Assembly (NCBI RefSeq): GCF_044704955.1
Contig: NC_091998.1
Span: 16,430,001-16,494,000, forward strand
Length of the DNA stretch: 64,000 nt
Source of the DNA: Pristiophorus japonicus
Taxonomy: Eukaryota
Direction: 5' to 3'
The stretch's first letter is position 1; every line of letters starts with the position of its first letter. Below the pieces are notes generated by a model. It saw only the letters and a program-made list of their open reading frames with translations, was not told the DNA's origin and made no database searches. A program made the translations under genes and the position numbers. This document shows positions 1 through 12,930 of the stretch, piece by piece.

Positions 1-190
1 CAACATCACTAAAAACAGATTATCAGGTCATTATCACATTGCTGTTTGTGGGAGCTTGCTGTGCGCAGATTGGTTGCCGTGTCTCCCACATCACAACAGT
101 GATTACATTTCAAAAAGTACCTCATTGGCTGTAAAGCGCTTTGGGACATCCGGTGGCTGTGAAAGGTGCTATATAAAGGTGCAAGTCCTT
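1..190 (+). mobile_element. 3' part of a DeuSINE (AmnSINE1/SacSINE1-like), cut by window start
   Basis: Contains CAGATTATC..GTCATTATCACATTGCTGTTTGTGGGAGCTTGCTGTGCGCA and ends GTGAAAGGTGCTATATAAAGGTGCAAGTC; homologous to copies at 16717, 17665 and 29860. Confidence 0.85.
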
Positions 191-480
191 TTTTTAAAGA
201 GAAATGAAGAAAGGACATGATCCAAGCTGTGATAATGTTGGGGCAAGCAGGTTATGTAAATCACTTTATTAACAGGTAAGACACACATGCAAAATGGAAA
301 TGTGTCAAGTGTTACTGGAGATTAGAAACAAATTAGTCATCAAATCGTAGCATGTTACCGGGCAGAAACAAACCATTTGATCAATTTATGTCTGGACTGG
401 TATTTTTCCCCAATCCTGATTTGAGTTGCTCTGCCCGATGCCAATGGAATAGTGGAAGCCTGAAAATCATGTGCTGTACA

Positions 481-2558
481 TGTGATATCTCCCTTTCGAC
501 ATCACAAACACACACATACAAGGTGGCTCTACAGGAACTAGTCAGGTGACTTTGTCACCTGATGCTTTTATTGTATTTACAGCAGCAGTTGCATTTCCAC
601 AGTAGTTCACGAGGTGGAGCAGTAATTATAACAAAATAATCATCAAACATAATGTGTATGGTTATACACAACAAAAGATATGAACTTATTTTGCCATATT
701 TACAAATTAAACTTAACCACTGGTTTTCTGTTTCGAAGAGAATACCTTCGCTCTCGAACAGAACTTCCCAAATATGGTGTCGAACTTTGCTCATTCGAGG
801 CTGAGCCTGAGAAGAGTTTTTCTCCAAGGGTACATTAGGACTCTACAACTGTATGTCTGCCTGACTCGGACTAAATTCTGACTTTCTCTTGGACTTGTTT
901 CTAATTCATCTGATGTAGGGTTTGCTACTGGTACCTTACTTGTAACAAGACTATCTAATGCTCAGAAATAATTGAATCATTCCAACTTTTCACTCCTTCC
1001 ACATCTGTAGGTAAAATATGATCAATGTGAACAAACCTAACATTTTCATGATCAAACAAATATTTGCGAGGACTCTGGTAACCACTTTCGCTATGGTGAT
1101 GGTTCTTCCCTCTAACCTTCTGATTCAATTTCACACTTCTCTCTCTTACTCTACCTCTATTTTGGTTCTCTTTCTGTCTTACTTGTCTGTCTTTTACTGA
1201 CTGTGCCAAGTTTGGCTTTAACAACGAGAACCTGGTTATGGCCAACCAATACTCTATCGTTTGAGAAACAACTCTGCTGATGTTCTACCAGTAGTTGTAT
1301 GAGGAGTATTACGATAAGTAATTAGAAAATTTGCCAGTTTGTGATACAACAACAAGTGCCACTTCTTTGGATTTGGATCCAACATTTGCTTGATGAGGGC
1401 ACGTTTTACAATTTGTACTGTGCGCTCTGCTGCACCATTTGAAGCAGGGTAGTCTGGTGGAGCCTTGCTATGTTTCACACCATTTCTGCTCATGAACTGT
1501 GCAAATTCTTCTGAACAAAATTGTCTTTACATATGGACAGCTTTGAGCAATGTGTTGTTCCAGACACCGATAGCATGACTTCTATGTATTGTTACCTTGG
1601 CCAGTTGTTGAGGCCTTGGGGCCCAACTGCCTTTTACTTCTAACCTGCAGGCGATTCACCTCGGTTGTCTGACGACTGGAAATGGTGCGAAATTCTCGGG
1701 AATATTGGTCGACCATGTCCATCGACATAGCTTTTGACAAGCTAAATCAAAAGTCAAGTTAGGAGTTGTCAACAACTTTCTTCTGATTGATTAATTTTTC
1801 ATCCCACAAACAAAGCGGTCACACAATGCTCGGTCCTGAATATTTCCGAAATGACAGTGAATGGATAGCTTCTTTAAAGCTACAATGTACTCACTGATAC
1901 TCTCATCAATAAATTGATCTGATATTCCAAAACGATAACTTTCAGCAATTTCCAGGAGTTCAGGACGGTAGTGCTGAGAACCTCTGGCAGTGGCCTGTCC
2001 TTCGACTCGACGGAACAAACAAATTTTTTGGGTTTCATACACCTCGGGATCTGCTTCAGTCAGGATCTAACACCACCCGTCAAACACCTTCCAGTTACAA
2101 TTTTCATCATCGGGGACTTCAACGATACTATTTGTGGTGAAAAACATATCTAGTCGCTCCACATACACTCTCGGCCGCGATGGAACTCGCCCAAGCACCC
2201 TATTATTCCCATAGGCACGGCCATCTGGACTCTGGCAATTCAGCCAAATATGCTTTTAATTTACGTTGGATTTTTAGTTGCTCTGCAAAACAAAGAATCT
2301 CTCAAAGTTGCTCTGTCAGTTGGCTGGATCATCCATCAACAAAAATTTCAGCTAGGGAATCCGATTATCCTATCCCCGTTCACCAATGTGATATATTCTT
2401 TACGACATCACAAAAACACACATACAAGATGTATGTTTTACAGGAACATGTCAGGTAACTTTGTCACCTGATGTTTTTATTGTATTTACAGCAGCAGTTG
2501 CATTTCCACAATCGTCCACTAGGTGGAGCAGTAGTCCACTAGGTGGAACTATATTACA
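481..2558 (-). mobile_element. Internally deleted, non-autonomous Gypsy LTR element
   Basis: Related LTRs at 481-632 and 2387-2558 (TGT...ACA); flanks GTACA/GTACT; gag remnant (EYIVALKKLSIHCHFG..LCDRFVCG) and zinc-knuckle remnant CYRCLEQHIAQSCPY joined near 1523 to integrase (MSRNGVKH..PASNGAAERTVQIVK..YRNTPHTTTG); no PR/RT/RNase H. Confidence 0.85.
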
Positions 2559-3314
2559 GTACTTACCGCCTCTTTTTAGTGGAAGTAGTGGGCAGTGCTA
2601 CACCACTCAATATTACATGAAACGGCATTGGTCACATTATTTAAAGGGACCCTTCACCTGCAAGTACTCAGATCACGAAAATCGGTTTGCAATTCACCTA
2701 TTTGAATTTTTCAGACGTTTTTGATTGGAAATCACTGAATTTCTGCTTTAAACCTTTAAGACCATGGAGGGGCTGCACAGTGCTCAACATGGGAGTCAAA
2801 GAGCGGAAGTTGTGGCTCTGAAGAGGCCACACATAAGGTGGAGCTGCATGGTGGTCAACATGGCAGTCATCCTGGCCACTCTACAGTACCAGGCTTTTGA
2901 GATACCCTGAGTGTGGCATGTACTGAACGTGGTGTGGAGCAAAAGAACACATAATCCAACTGCTCCAACTGACTGAACTTCAATCATCGATCAACTGCAA
3001 AACAAGTGTGTCACCAGTGGTGCAAATCAACCTGCTTGCTCTGAATAATCACTCGGCGAATGGTACCCTTGTTATCACCTAATGACAGAGAGTTGACTTC
3101 AACTTGCTTAGTTTATACTGGGAGGCCAGACATTACCTGACAATGGGCCATAGAAGGTACAGAAGAGGTTGCAGCTACTTCACTCCCACATGCCTAAAAA
3201 AGACAACGTGGATGTTTTCTTTGCCAAGAACTCACATCTGCCAGCAACTGGGTTGAGTCGTTCCAAAACCCTTTTCACACAAGACTTTTGCATCTGAGAG
3301 AGTGAAAAGACATT

Positions 3315-3490
3315 CATAACAATATAAGAAATAGAAGCAGGAGTAGGCCCTGCGTCCCTCGAGCCTGCTCCGCCATTCAATAAGATCATGGCTCATCATC
3401 AAGCGCAACTCCACTTTCCCACCTGACCTCCGTATCGCTTGATTCCCCTAGAGTCCAAAAATCTATCCATCTCAGATATCTATCTATCAT
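3315..3490 (-). mobile_element. CR1 LINE 3' end fragment
   Basis: CCTCGAGCCTGCTCCGCCATTCAATAAGATCATGGCT is the reverse complement of the 3'UTR of the CR1 copies ending near 22670, 37446 and 53864. Confidence 0.75.
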
Positions 3491-5254
3491 CTGATCAGTC
3501 TGGGCAGGGGGATTGAAGGCAGGGCCCCAGAGTTGGGAGGACAGTGAGTCGAACAGAGCCTCCGAATTTATAGTCTCCACAACGTGTCAACCCTCTATTT
3601 TAGTGAGACATCTGCAACTGATAATCGCACAATTATTTAAAAAGAAAACTGCAGGAGGATTTATAGCATTTAAAACCAGCTTCATAGCCTCTCAGCACCA
3701 TCACTAACTGATAAAGCATGAGTGCCCATTCCAGAATTATGTGTGTGCGTGTCGGCTATCAGACTGCTGTGGACTTTAGCATCTTATGGTGGACGAGGGT
3801 TAGAGAAGTGTGTGAGATCAGTGTCAAAGGTGCAGCACTAAGACTAATAGGTTTCAAATCAGTGTAGCAATATTTTCATTCTTTATTAAAAAAAGCAGCT
3901 AATGCACCACAAGAGTAATCACTAAACCCCAGAGAGCAGTATTGTCTGTAACAAGTATCGCTCCTCAAGTCCTGAATAGAGCTGGAACAAACAAAAGATT
4001 TTTTTTTAAGCTCTTCTTCCAAGTTATTCACACATTTTACATTTGTGAATGAAAATGATAAAGTTGGGATTCTAATTAAAAGGCTTTTATTCTGTTACTT
4101 TGAACAGAAGGTCTTCATTGTTTGATCTGTACGCTGGCAATTCTGTGCTTTAGACAAGGAATCTCCAGTGGGCTCAAGGCAGAAGCTGTGACCAATTAAG
4201 GTACAAAGGGAGAGGCAGGGTCCTGGTCAAGTTGAGTGCAGGGGTACCAAAACGAACATAGATAAGCCTGACAGAGGAGGTAGTGCATTACCTGTTCACA
4301 CTGGGGATTCAGTTCCGTTCAGATCAGATCAAAAGATTTGAATTGAACTTGATCTCCCGAGTGTTTGAACCGCAGTTTGGGCTGAGCCAGGACATGAGTT
4401 GGACAGCATCAAATTACCGCAAGACACATACATTGGCCAGTGATGGATGGGTATGTACGCGTGTGGTGCTGGAATTCAAAAAAAGAATCATCAGTACAAG
4501 CCTGGGTTTAAATCCGTGTCTTCTGCCTTGCTTAGAACATATTTCATTCGATGAGCATTTTTTACACACTATATACATTTTAGTTCAAATTAGCTGCACC
4601 TTTGTAACAGATGGCCATTCACAGCTGGAGTTTAAGACATGTGATACTGGAACTCTCTCTGCTTCTTTGTCCCACTTGGCAGAAGCAACAAGGAAAATGT
4701 TCAAAGGCAAGGCAGAAAACTGGACCATTGGACAAAGGCATTTCAAGGAGGCAAATAATACTGTGAGGAGAAGGGATTGGTGGGAGAACATGAAGGAATA
4801 GCTCTCCCACCACTGGATAAGGAGAAGGAAACATCATTTGTCAGGAATGGCAAGAACAAGGACACAAGAAGCCAGGAAATGGGAATGACTGAAAACAACT
4901 GTTTCCATCCATTTAATGTAGCAAAATATCCCAAGGTGCTTTGCGGCGGGGAAGGGAAGAGATTCAGACACTGAGCAGGAGTTGGTAGAAGGGCTGGGGA
5001 GGTGACTGAAGATGCAGTTGAAGATGTAGGTTTTGAGGAAGCTTTCGAATGCGGGGGAAGGTGAAGAGATTTGGGACGAGAGTTCCAGAGAGAAAACATT
5101 GCTGGCAATGGAATCGTGTCACTGATGAGAGAGTGATGGAATGGGGAGGACACAGTCGTCCAGACTCAGAGGAGAATGGGTATGAGCTGGCACAGAGGTA
5201 GGATAAAGTAAGGCCACAAATGGAATCGTAAACTAAGATTTTGAAATCAATGTT

Positions 5255-5396
5255 TGTGATATCTTAAGACACCACTACACTACAAGATGGCTCCTAACAG
5301 GACTGTGATCACATGACCTTGCCACATGACCTTTTATTGTTATTATGTCAGTAGTTGTTATTACATCAGTGGTCCGCTAGGTGGTGCTCCATTACA
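5255..5396 (-). mobile_element. Solo LTR related to the 481-2558 Gypsy family
   Basis: TGTGATATC...CAAGATGGCTC...TTTTATTG...CTAGGTGG...ATTACA; flanked by ATGTT/ATGTG (degenerate 5-bp TSD). Confidence 0.7.
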
Positions 5397-6395
5397 ATGT
5401 GGAGGGGAGTGAGGTATAATAGGAGTTCTGGATTTTGAGTTCATAAATATAGAGAATCTGTTTTGCCCAGATGCAAAGGAAAATCAACAGTGTTAGATCC
5501 AGAGACTTATACACGACACAAGAGAATGTGCCATAATTGTCAAGAAATTAATTTAACATGATTTAGAATGTTTAGAAAGAGAGATGCGGAGGGAAGCCTT
5601 ATTGGTCAGGGAACACTTGACAGTGAAATGGAAAACCTAGCCTTGTAAGTTATAATGTCCAAATCAATTATGGCTGAACATAAGAGCAGTGGAATTGTTC
5701 GAGATTACAGGACAAACAACCTGAACTGGAACGGCTCAGCAAATACCAAGGCAAATAGGAGTGGAGCAATTGTAATCATGAGCAACTTCAACTGTCTGGT
5801 GTTAAAGTGGGGTAGAACAAAGGCCACTGAGAAGATCGAAGCAACATCAACAACTTGCATTATATAGTACCTTTTAATGTAGTGAGATGTCCCCAGGGGC
5901 TTAACTGGACATTATCAAACACAATTTCACACCGAGCCACATAATTAGGACAGGAGACCAAAAGCTTGATCAAAGAGGCATCTAAGCGCGTCTTAAAGCA
6001 GGAGAGAGGTAGCGAGGCGGAGAGGTTTAGGGAGCGAAATTACCGAGCCTCATCATCATCATAGGCAATGCCTCAAAGCGAGGATGACTTGCTTTCACGC
6101 AAAAAGGAATGAGTTCACAGGTGTTTCAATGAAGGACCGAATATTCCAGATCCAGAATATTGTGTTCCTAACACAGATGAGGATGCAGGCAGTTTAAAGT
6201 AACAGTGACCTCAGTCTTTATTAAGACACTCCAGAGTGAGGAACAGGCCTTAGGGGCCGGCTTATATAGAGTGCTCCCAAAGGATGCTGGGATCCTTTGG
6301 GACTTCAGGGGATGAGCTCCCTGGTGGCGGAACATGGGAGTGCATGCTTTACAGATACACATCACTCCCCCCGCCAAAGTCAAAGTGAAAACTAT

Positions 6396-9300
6396 TTACA
6401 AGGTGAGGCAGTCAGGAGCCTTTCTTTCCCTGGTGGACCGCCTCGGTACAAATGTCTGTTCTGGTGTGTTGGCTGTGCCCTCGCTGGGCTGGCGTGTTGT
6501 TGGCCCTGCAGGGCTGCTAGGTGAGCCTGGTCTTGCTGGCCTATTGGGTGTGATGGGTTTGATTTCCTGGTCCGGCGCGGTGTCGTTGATCCTTTCGGTG
6601 TGTGTTGTGGGCTCGAACAAGGTGGTGTCTGCTGTGGGTTGTGCAGGGCAGTCTGTGAACCGCAGTCTCATTTGGTCCAGGTGCTTTCTGCAAATTTGTA
6701 CATTGTCTAGTTTAACTACAAACACCCTATTCATTTCTTTAGCTATCACTGTGCCCGTGATCCACTTGGGACCATGTCCATAGTTTAGCACATACACATG
6801 GTCATTCGGGTCAATTTCCCGTGACACAGTGGCGCGACCATCGTTTACATTTTGTTGCTGCCGCCTGCTCTCTACCTGATCATGCAGGTTGGGGTAAACC
6901 AGCGAGAGTCTGGTTTTAAGTGTCCTTTTCATGAGTAGCTCAACAGGGGCACCCCTGTGAGCGAGTGGGGTCTCGTGCGGTAGCTGAGCTGTACTCGGGA
7001 CAGGCGGGTTTGGAGTGAGCCTTCTGTGACTCGTTTAAGGCTCCGTTTGATGGTTTGTACTGCCAGCTCTGCCTGCCCATTGGAGGCTGGTTTACATGGA
7101 GCCAAGGTGACATGTTTGATCCCATTGCTGGTCATGAATTCTTTAAATTCGGGACTGGTAAAACATGGCCCATTGTCACTGACCAGTATGTCAGGCAGGC
7201 CGTGGGTGGCAAACATGGCCCTCAGGCTTTCAATGGTGGTGGTGGCGGTGCTTCCTGACATTATTTCACATTCAATCCATTTTGAAAAAGCATCCACCAC
7301 CACCAGGTACATTTTACCAAGAAACGGGCCCGCATAGTCGACATGGTTCCTCGACCATGGTCTGGAGGGCCAGGACCACAAACTTAGTGGTGCCTCTCTG
7401 GGTGCGTTGCTCAACTGAGCAAATACGCTGCATTCAGAGTCGATACCAGGCCACCACACGTGGGATCTGGCTGTCGCTTTCATCATTACTATACCCGGGT
7501 GTGTGCTGTGGAGATCCGACATGAACGTCTCCCTGCCCTTTTTGGGTAGCACTACGCGGTTACCCCACAACAGGCAGTCTGCCTGAATGGACAGCTCGTC
7601 CTTTCGCCACTGGAACGGCTAGATTGGCTCTTGCATTTCAACGGAGATGCTGGCCCAGCTCACATGCAGTACACAGTTTTTTTTACTAGGGACAGCAGAG
7701 GATCTTGGCTGGTCTAAATCCTAATCTGGCGGGCCGTGACAGGTGATTTATCATTTTCAAACGCTTCCATGACCATCAACAAGTCTACGGTCTGCGCCAC
7801 CATCAACAAGTTTGCAGGCTGCGCCATTTCCACCCCCGTGGTGGGAAATGGTAGCCGACTGAGAGCATCCGCACAGTTCTCGGTGCCTGGCCTGTGGCGG
7901 ATGGTATACTTATACGCTGATAGCGCGAGTGCCCACCTTTGTATGCGGGCTGAGGCATTAGTATTTATCCCCTTGTTTTCAGAGAACAGGGATGTGAGGG
8001 GCTTGTGATTGGCCTCAAATTTGAGCTGGAAACCAAACAGGTACTGATGCATTTTCTTTACCCCGAACACACACGCTAATGTCTCTTTCTCAATCATGCT
8101 GTAGGCCCTCTCAGCCTTAGACAAGCTCCTGGAAGCATAGGCGACAGGTTGCAACTTCCCCGCAATTGAGGGAGTGCAGCGAAGGTTCACCAGACTGATT
8201 CCCGGGATGGCGGGACTGACCTATCAAGAAAGACTGGATCAACTGGGCTTGTATTCACTGGAGTTCAGAAGAATGAGAGGGGACCTCATAGAAACATATA
8301 AAATTCTGACGGGGTTAGACAGGTTAGATGCAGGAATGGGGTACTGAAGTTGAATGTTCAGCCATGAACTCATTGAATGGCGGTGCAGGCTAGAAGGGCC
8401 GAATGGCCTACTCCTGCACCTATTTTCTATGTTTCTATGTTTCTATGTTAGCTTGTTGTAATACACACCCGACTCCATTCGACGACGCGTCACATGCTAG
8501 AACAAGTCTTTTACACGGGTTATAGAATACAAGCAGCTTGTTGGAGCATAAAATGTTTCTGGCTTTCTTAAAAGCAATTACTTGTTTTTTTTCCCCATAC
8601 CCAGTTCTCACCTTTGCGCAATAACACATGTAGGGGCTTTAAAAGGGTGCTTAACCCCGGTAGGAAGTTACCAAAATAGTTGAGGAGTCCCAGGAACGAC
8701 CGCAGCTCCGTAATGTTCTGTGGCCTGGGCACGTTCCTGATAGCCTCTGTCTTGGCGTCTGTGGGCCGAATTCCGTCCGCCGCGATCTTTCTCCCCAAAA
8801 ACTCCACTTCTGTTGCCATGAAGACGCATTTCGACCTCTTCAGCCGCAGCCCTACACGATCCAGTCGCTGGAGGACCTCCTCTAGATTTTGTAGGTGCTC
8901 GACGGTGTCCTGACCCGTGACTAATATGAAAGATCACCGTGTGTGGTACCGACTTGAGTTGGCTCTCCATGTTTCTCTGGAAGATCGCTGCAACAGACCG
9001 AATTCCAAACAGGCATCTGTTGTAGATGAACAGTCCCTTGTGCGCGTTGATGCAGGTGAGGCCCTTCGAAGACTCCTCCAGCTCCTGCGTCATGTAGGCC
9101 GAAGTCAGGTCGAGCTTGGTGAATGTCTTGTCTCCTGCCAGCGTCGCAAATAGGTATTGATCCTGTAGCGAGAAACGATTAATAGTTACTTCATAATCAC
9201 TGCAAATCCTGACCGTGCCATCACTCTTGAGTACTGGAACAATCGGGCTGGCCCACTCGCTGAATTCCATTGGGGAGATGATGCCCTCGCGTTGCAGCCT

Positions 9301-9830
9301 GTCTAGCTCAATTTCCACTCTCTCCCTCATCATGTGAGGTACCACTCGGGCCTTGTGGTGAATGGGTCGTGCCTCTGGGACCAAGTGGATCAGCACCTTC
9401 ACCCCGGAAAAGTTTCCAATGCCTGGCTCAAAAAGGGAAGGAAATTTGTTCAGAACCTGGGTACATGAGGCCTCATCGACATGTGATAGCGCTCGGATAT
9501 CATCCCAGTTCCAGCGGATTTTGCCCAGCCAGCTCCTTCCAAGCTGTGTGGGGCCATCGCCCGGGACAATCCAGAGTGGCAGTTCGTGCACCGTGCCCTC
9601 GTAGGTGACCTTGACCATGGAGCTGCCCAGGACAGTGATAAGTTCTTTGGTGTACGTTCTCAGTTTCATGTGGATGGAGCTCAGGGCTGGTCTGAATGCC
9701 TTGTTGCACCACAGTCTCTCAAACATCTTTTTATTCATGATGGATTGGCTAGCGCCAGTGTCCAGTTCCATGGCTATGGGTAAGCCATTCAATTTTACGT
9801 TCAGCATTATAGGTGGACATTTCGTCAAAA
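6396..9830 (-). pseudogene. Gypsy pol (protease, RT, RNase H, integrase) broken by frameshifts and a CR1 insertion
   Basis: MELDTGASQS (protease); EWASPIVPVLKSDGTVRIC, KLDLTSAY and LRSFLGLLNYF (RT); LACDAS and VAYASRSLSKAERAYSMIEKE (RNase H); HPGIVMMK, HVDYAGPF, VSDNG and SNGQAE (integrase). Confidence 0.92.
8165..8448 (+). mobile_element. CR1 3' fragment inserted into the Gypsy RNase H region
   Basis: Matches the 36255-37446 CR1 (GAGGGAGTGCAGCGAAGGTTCACCAGACTG...) and ends in TTTCTATG repeats; splits the peptide CVLQQANI|AGKLQPVAYAS. Confidence 0.9.
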
Positions 9831-10731
9831 ATGTGTGCACCCCATGTACTTCAGCATCTGCCTCCTCTCTCTGAGGCTCGAAATTGCTTTGATCCACCAT
9901 GGACCGATCTTCCTCTGCCATGTGGTGGTTAGCAGGTTTTGCAGAGCTTGCAGCTCGTTTGAAAGCTGTTGGAGGTGCCCCATTGTTCCACAGCTCTTGC
10001 AAACATACCCTTTGAAGCGGCATGAATAGGCTGAATGGAAGCCTCCACAAAGCCAACAAGGTGTGAATTGCCTTGCATTCATCCTTTGTTGGGGACTCTG
10101 AGTCATCTGGGTCACCTGAGGCCTGCTGGCAGTTGCAGACTCGTGGGTTCTGCCCTGTACATTTCTGCTCGCAAACACAGTTCCAATTAATTTATGAACA
10201 TTGCTAGCACTTGTGTGCTGAGAGATTTTTTTGGTGTTATCACTGGTGGACATAAACGCCTGTACTATCGCAATGGCCTTACTGTGGGTTGGTGTCTCTA
10301 CAGTCAAAAATTTTCGTAGGATTGTCTCGTAGCCAATGCCCAGTACAAAAAAGTCTCTGAGCATTTGCTCCAGGTAGCCATCAAACTCACATTGTCCTGC
10401 AAGTCGCCTTAGCTTGGCGATGTAGCTTGCCACTTCCTGACCTTCAGATTGCTGGCATGTGTAGAACCGATACCTCGCCATCAGGACGCTCTCCCTCGGG
10501 TTAAGATGCTCCCGAACCAGTGTACACAGCTCCTCATACGACTTATCTGTGGGTTTCACTGGAGCCAGAAGATTCTTCACGAGGCTGTAGGTCAGTGCCC
10601 CCCAGAATGTGAGGTGGACCGCTCTCCTTTTTCCTTCTCCAAGCACAAAGTACTGGTCTAGCCGTTCGACATAGGCTTCCCAGTCCTCACCCTCTGAGAA
10701 CTTCTCCAGGATGCCCACAGTTTGCCGCATC
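9825..10731 (-). pseudogene. Gypsy gag (frameshifted near C-terminus)
   Basis: ORF 9825-10793: EDWEAYVERLDQYF, ARYRFYTCQQSEGQEVASYIAKLRRLAGQCEF, Zn knuckles CWLCGGFH..C and CKSCGTMGHL. Confidence 0.9.
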
Positions 10732-11623
10732 TTTGCGTTAGATTCGTATTCTCGTCGCCAGTTATTGTGTTCCAAACACAGATGAGGCTGCACGCAGGGA
10801 GGTTAAAGTAATAGTGACCTCAGTCTTTGATAAGCCACTCCAGAGTGAGGAACAGGCCTTAGGGGCCGGCTTATATACAGTGCTCCCAAGGGATGCTGGG
10901 ATCCCTTGGGACTTCAGGGGATGAGCTCCCTGGTGGCGGAACATGGGAGTGCATGCTTTACAGATACACAACACAGAACTACATCTTGGAGGGCGTAAGA
11001 TGCCTGTGCTTGGATTTTTTTTAACTTGTGGTGGCCGTTGCACACCAGCCACCACACGGGCTTGACAGAGCTAGGTCTTGGTCCAATGGCAAGGATTACC
11101 CAAGACGACTGGAGACCAGCTCTGCTGCACGGACCGAGCGCGCACACATATCGCAGTGTGGGCTGGCCCGTGCTGCCCCTGGGCCCTCGCCTCTTCTGGG
11201 CCGCAGACTCTCGCCTCTCCTGGGCCCTGGTCATTTCCTTCTACAAACTCTTGCCGCTCCTGCTGTGCCTGCCCGCACTGCAATCAGCGACCTGACTTCG
11301 CAGCCGTTGCCCCCCTGCAATGTTATGTCGCCGCACGCTGCTCCCTCTGAAAGCCCCTGGCCTGCTGCATTGGTGGAGCAGAGCTGCTATGACATTGGAT
11401 TTAATATTTAACATTAGGGTGCCAGACATAGTGAGAAGATCAGATTTTAATACTATGAAGATAACCTAGGAAGCAGGAAATGGCAGATCATGAGAACATC
11501 TCGGGAGAAGCCGCTCGTGTTCCGCGAGACATTACAGGTTGATTCCACTTACAGCAGGCGTTTGCTGTGGTCAGCAGCAGTGTTGATGCCACTGGGGACT
11601 GTGTGCTTTCAAAGTGCGACATT

Positions 11624-12343
11624 GGCCCAAAAATTGCGGTCAGAGGCTTCCTTCAGGCGGACGCCCAACGACTGAAAAAGTGTTTAGGAAAATAGCTGGT
11701 GGTCCTGGAGTAACGTAGACTTACGCTCCGAGGCCTAGCTGCACAGCCCAGCGTACAGGCCCACGTCTTCCAGGAATTTACGCGTATACTGGGATCACAT
11801 GGGCCGGACTACCAATCACAACGTAGCATTCTCATTCATAGGAATGGGGGCTTCGAGCTCCCGTTACTATCAATGAGAATGCCCCTAAAATCAAATAAAA
11901 CACAAGCATAAATAAAATAAATACGTCACTTTTTTAAATTAATAGAAATTGCATTAAATTAAATGTTTGAGAAAATTTTTTTTTGAATTAAAAAAAATGT
12001 TTTAATAGTGTTAAAAATAAACTTACCTTTATAGATAGGGTTATTAATATAAAAATAACATTTAATTTTTCTATATTTTAAACTCTTATGCTGGTAAATG
12101 ATAGGCCTACTTCTACCAGGCATTAGAGTTTGAAAGACATTTGCTGGGCAGGAGTTACCTAATCTCTGCCCCACAAATGTACTTCTCCTCGGGATGCGTG
12201 CGATCTGTTAAAAGACATTTTGACAGATCACAAAAGCCGGTTCTTGGCACATGCACATCGCACGCCGAGAACCAGCATTTGCGAGGCCTCTTCGGGTCCG
12301 TGCAAACATCGTACGTACCCGGAGAGGCCGCAATATTCGGGCC
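11624..12343. mobile_element. Putative non-autonomous DNA transposon (MITE-like)
   Basis: Imperfect TIRs GGCCCAAAAATTGCGGTC / GGCCGCAATATTCGGGCC, each flanked by ATT; GC-rich arms with an AT-rich centre; no transposase. Confidence 0.6.
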
Positions 12344-12469
12344 ATTGTTTCCAAACAAGCAGCACCAAATCAATCTGTAACACAAACGCCGTCATTGAGA
12401 CAGCCACAAAAAACATCGCAGCCAAAGGACTGAGTGTTGAAGTATTCCCAGCCACCTCCATACAGGGGA

Positions 12470-12930
12470 ACGGGAGCATGGTGGTTATGTTACTGGACGA
12501 GTAATCCAGAAGCCTGGCATAATAACCCACAGATGTGAGTTGAAAGCCCACCATGGCAGCTGAGGGATTTAAATACAGTTAATTAAAAATAAAATCTGGA
12601 ATTAAATAGCTAGTATCAGTAATGGTGACCATGTAATTACCAGATTGTCGTAAAAACCCATCTGGTTCAGTAATGTCTTTTAAGGAAGGAAATCTGCCGC
12701 CCTTACCCAGTCTGGCCTATATGTGACTCCAGACCCACAGCAATGTGGTTGACTCTTAACTTCCCTCTGAAATGGCCCAGCAAGACACTCCATTGTACCA
12801 AACCGTTGTGACAAAGTCAGCACTGTGGGAGCACCTTCACCACACGGACTGCAGCGGTTCAAGGCGGCGGCTCACCACCACCTTCTCAATGGCAATTGGG
12901 GATGGACAATATGTGCTGGCCTTGCCACCA
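12470..12930 (+). mobile_element. tRNA-headed SINE with LINE-like 3' tail
   Basis: Degenerate B box GAGTTGAAAGCCC; tail GACTGCAGCGGTTCAAGGCGGCGGCTCACCACCACCTTCTC; diverged inverted relative at ~31345-31580 with B box GAGTTCAAATCCC. Confidence 0.65.

Larger units (their letters stand above)
6158..10973 (-). mobile_element. Full-length decayed Gypsy/Ty3 LTR retrotransposon
   Basis: LTRs at 10763-10973 and 6158-6364; 5-bp TSD CAGAA (6153-6157, 10974-10978); PBS TGGCGACGAG (10751-10760, complementary to the tRNA-Ser(GCT) 3' end); PPT GGCGGGGGGAG beside the 3' LTR; gag-PR-RT-RH-IN order. Confidence 0.96.
6050..11370 (-). mobile_element. Non-autonomous element with RTE-type 3' tail, split by the Gypsy insertion (6050-6157 and 10974-~11370)
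   Basis: Minus-strand end GCAAGTCATCCTCGCTTTGAGGCATTGCCTATGATGATGATG resembles the RTE 3' ends at 54757 and ~34900; the two parts are separated only by the Gypsy and its CAGAA TSD; GC-rich non-coding body; 5' boundary approximate. Confidence 0.55.

Noticed and set aside
4283-4801. 172-aa ORF as a host gene
   Set aside because: Non-ATG start, no recognisable domain or splice support, and it lies among decayed repeat sequence
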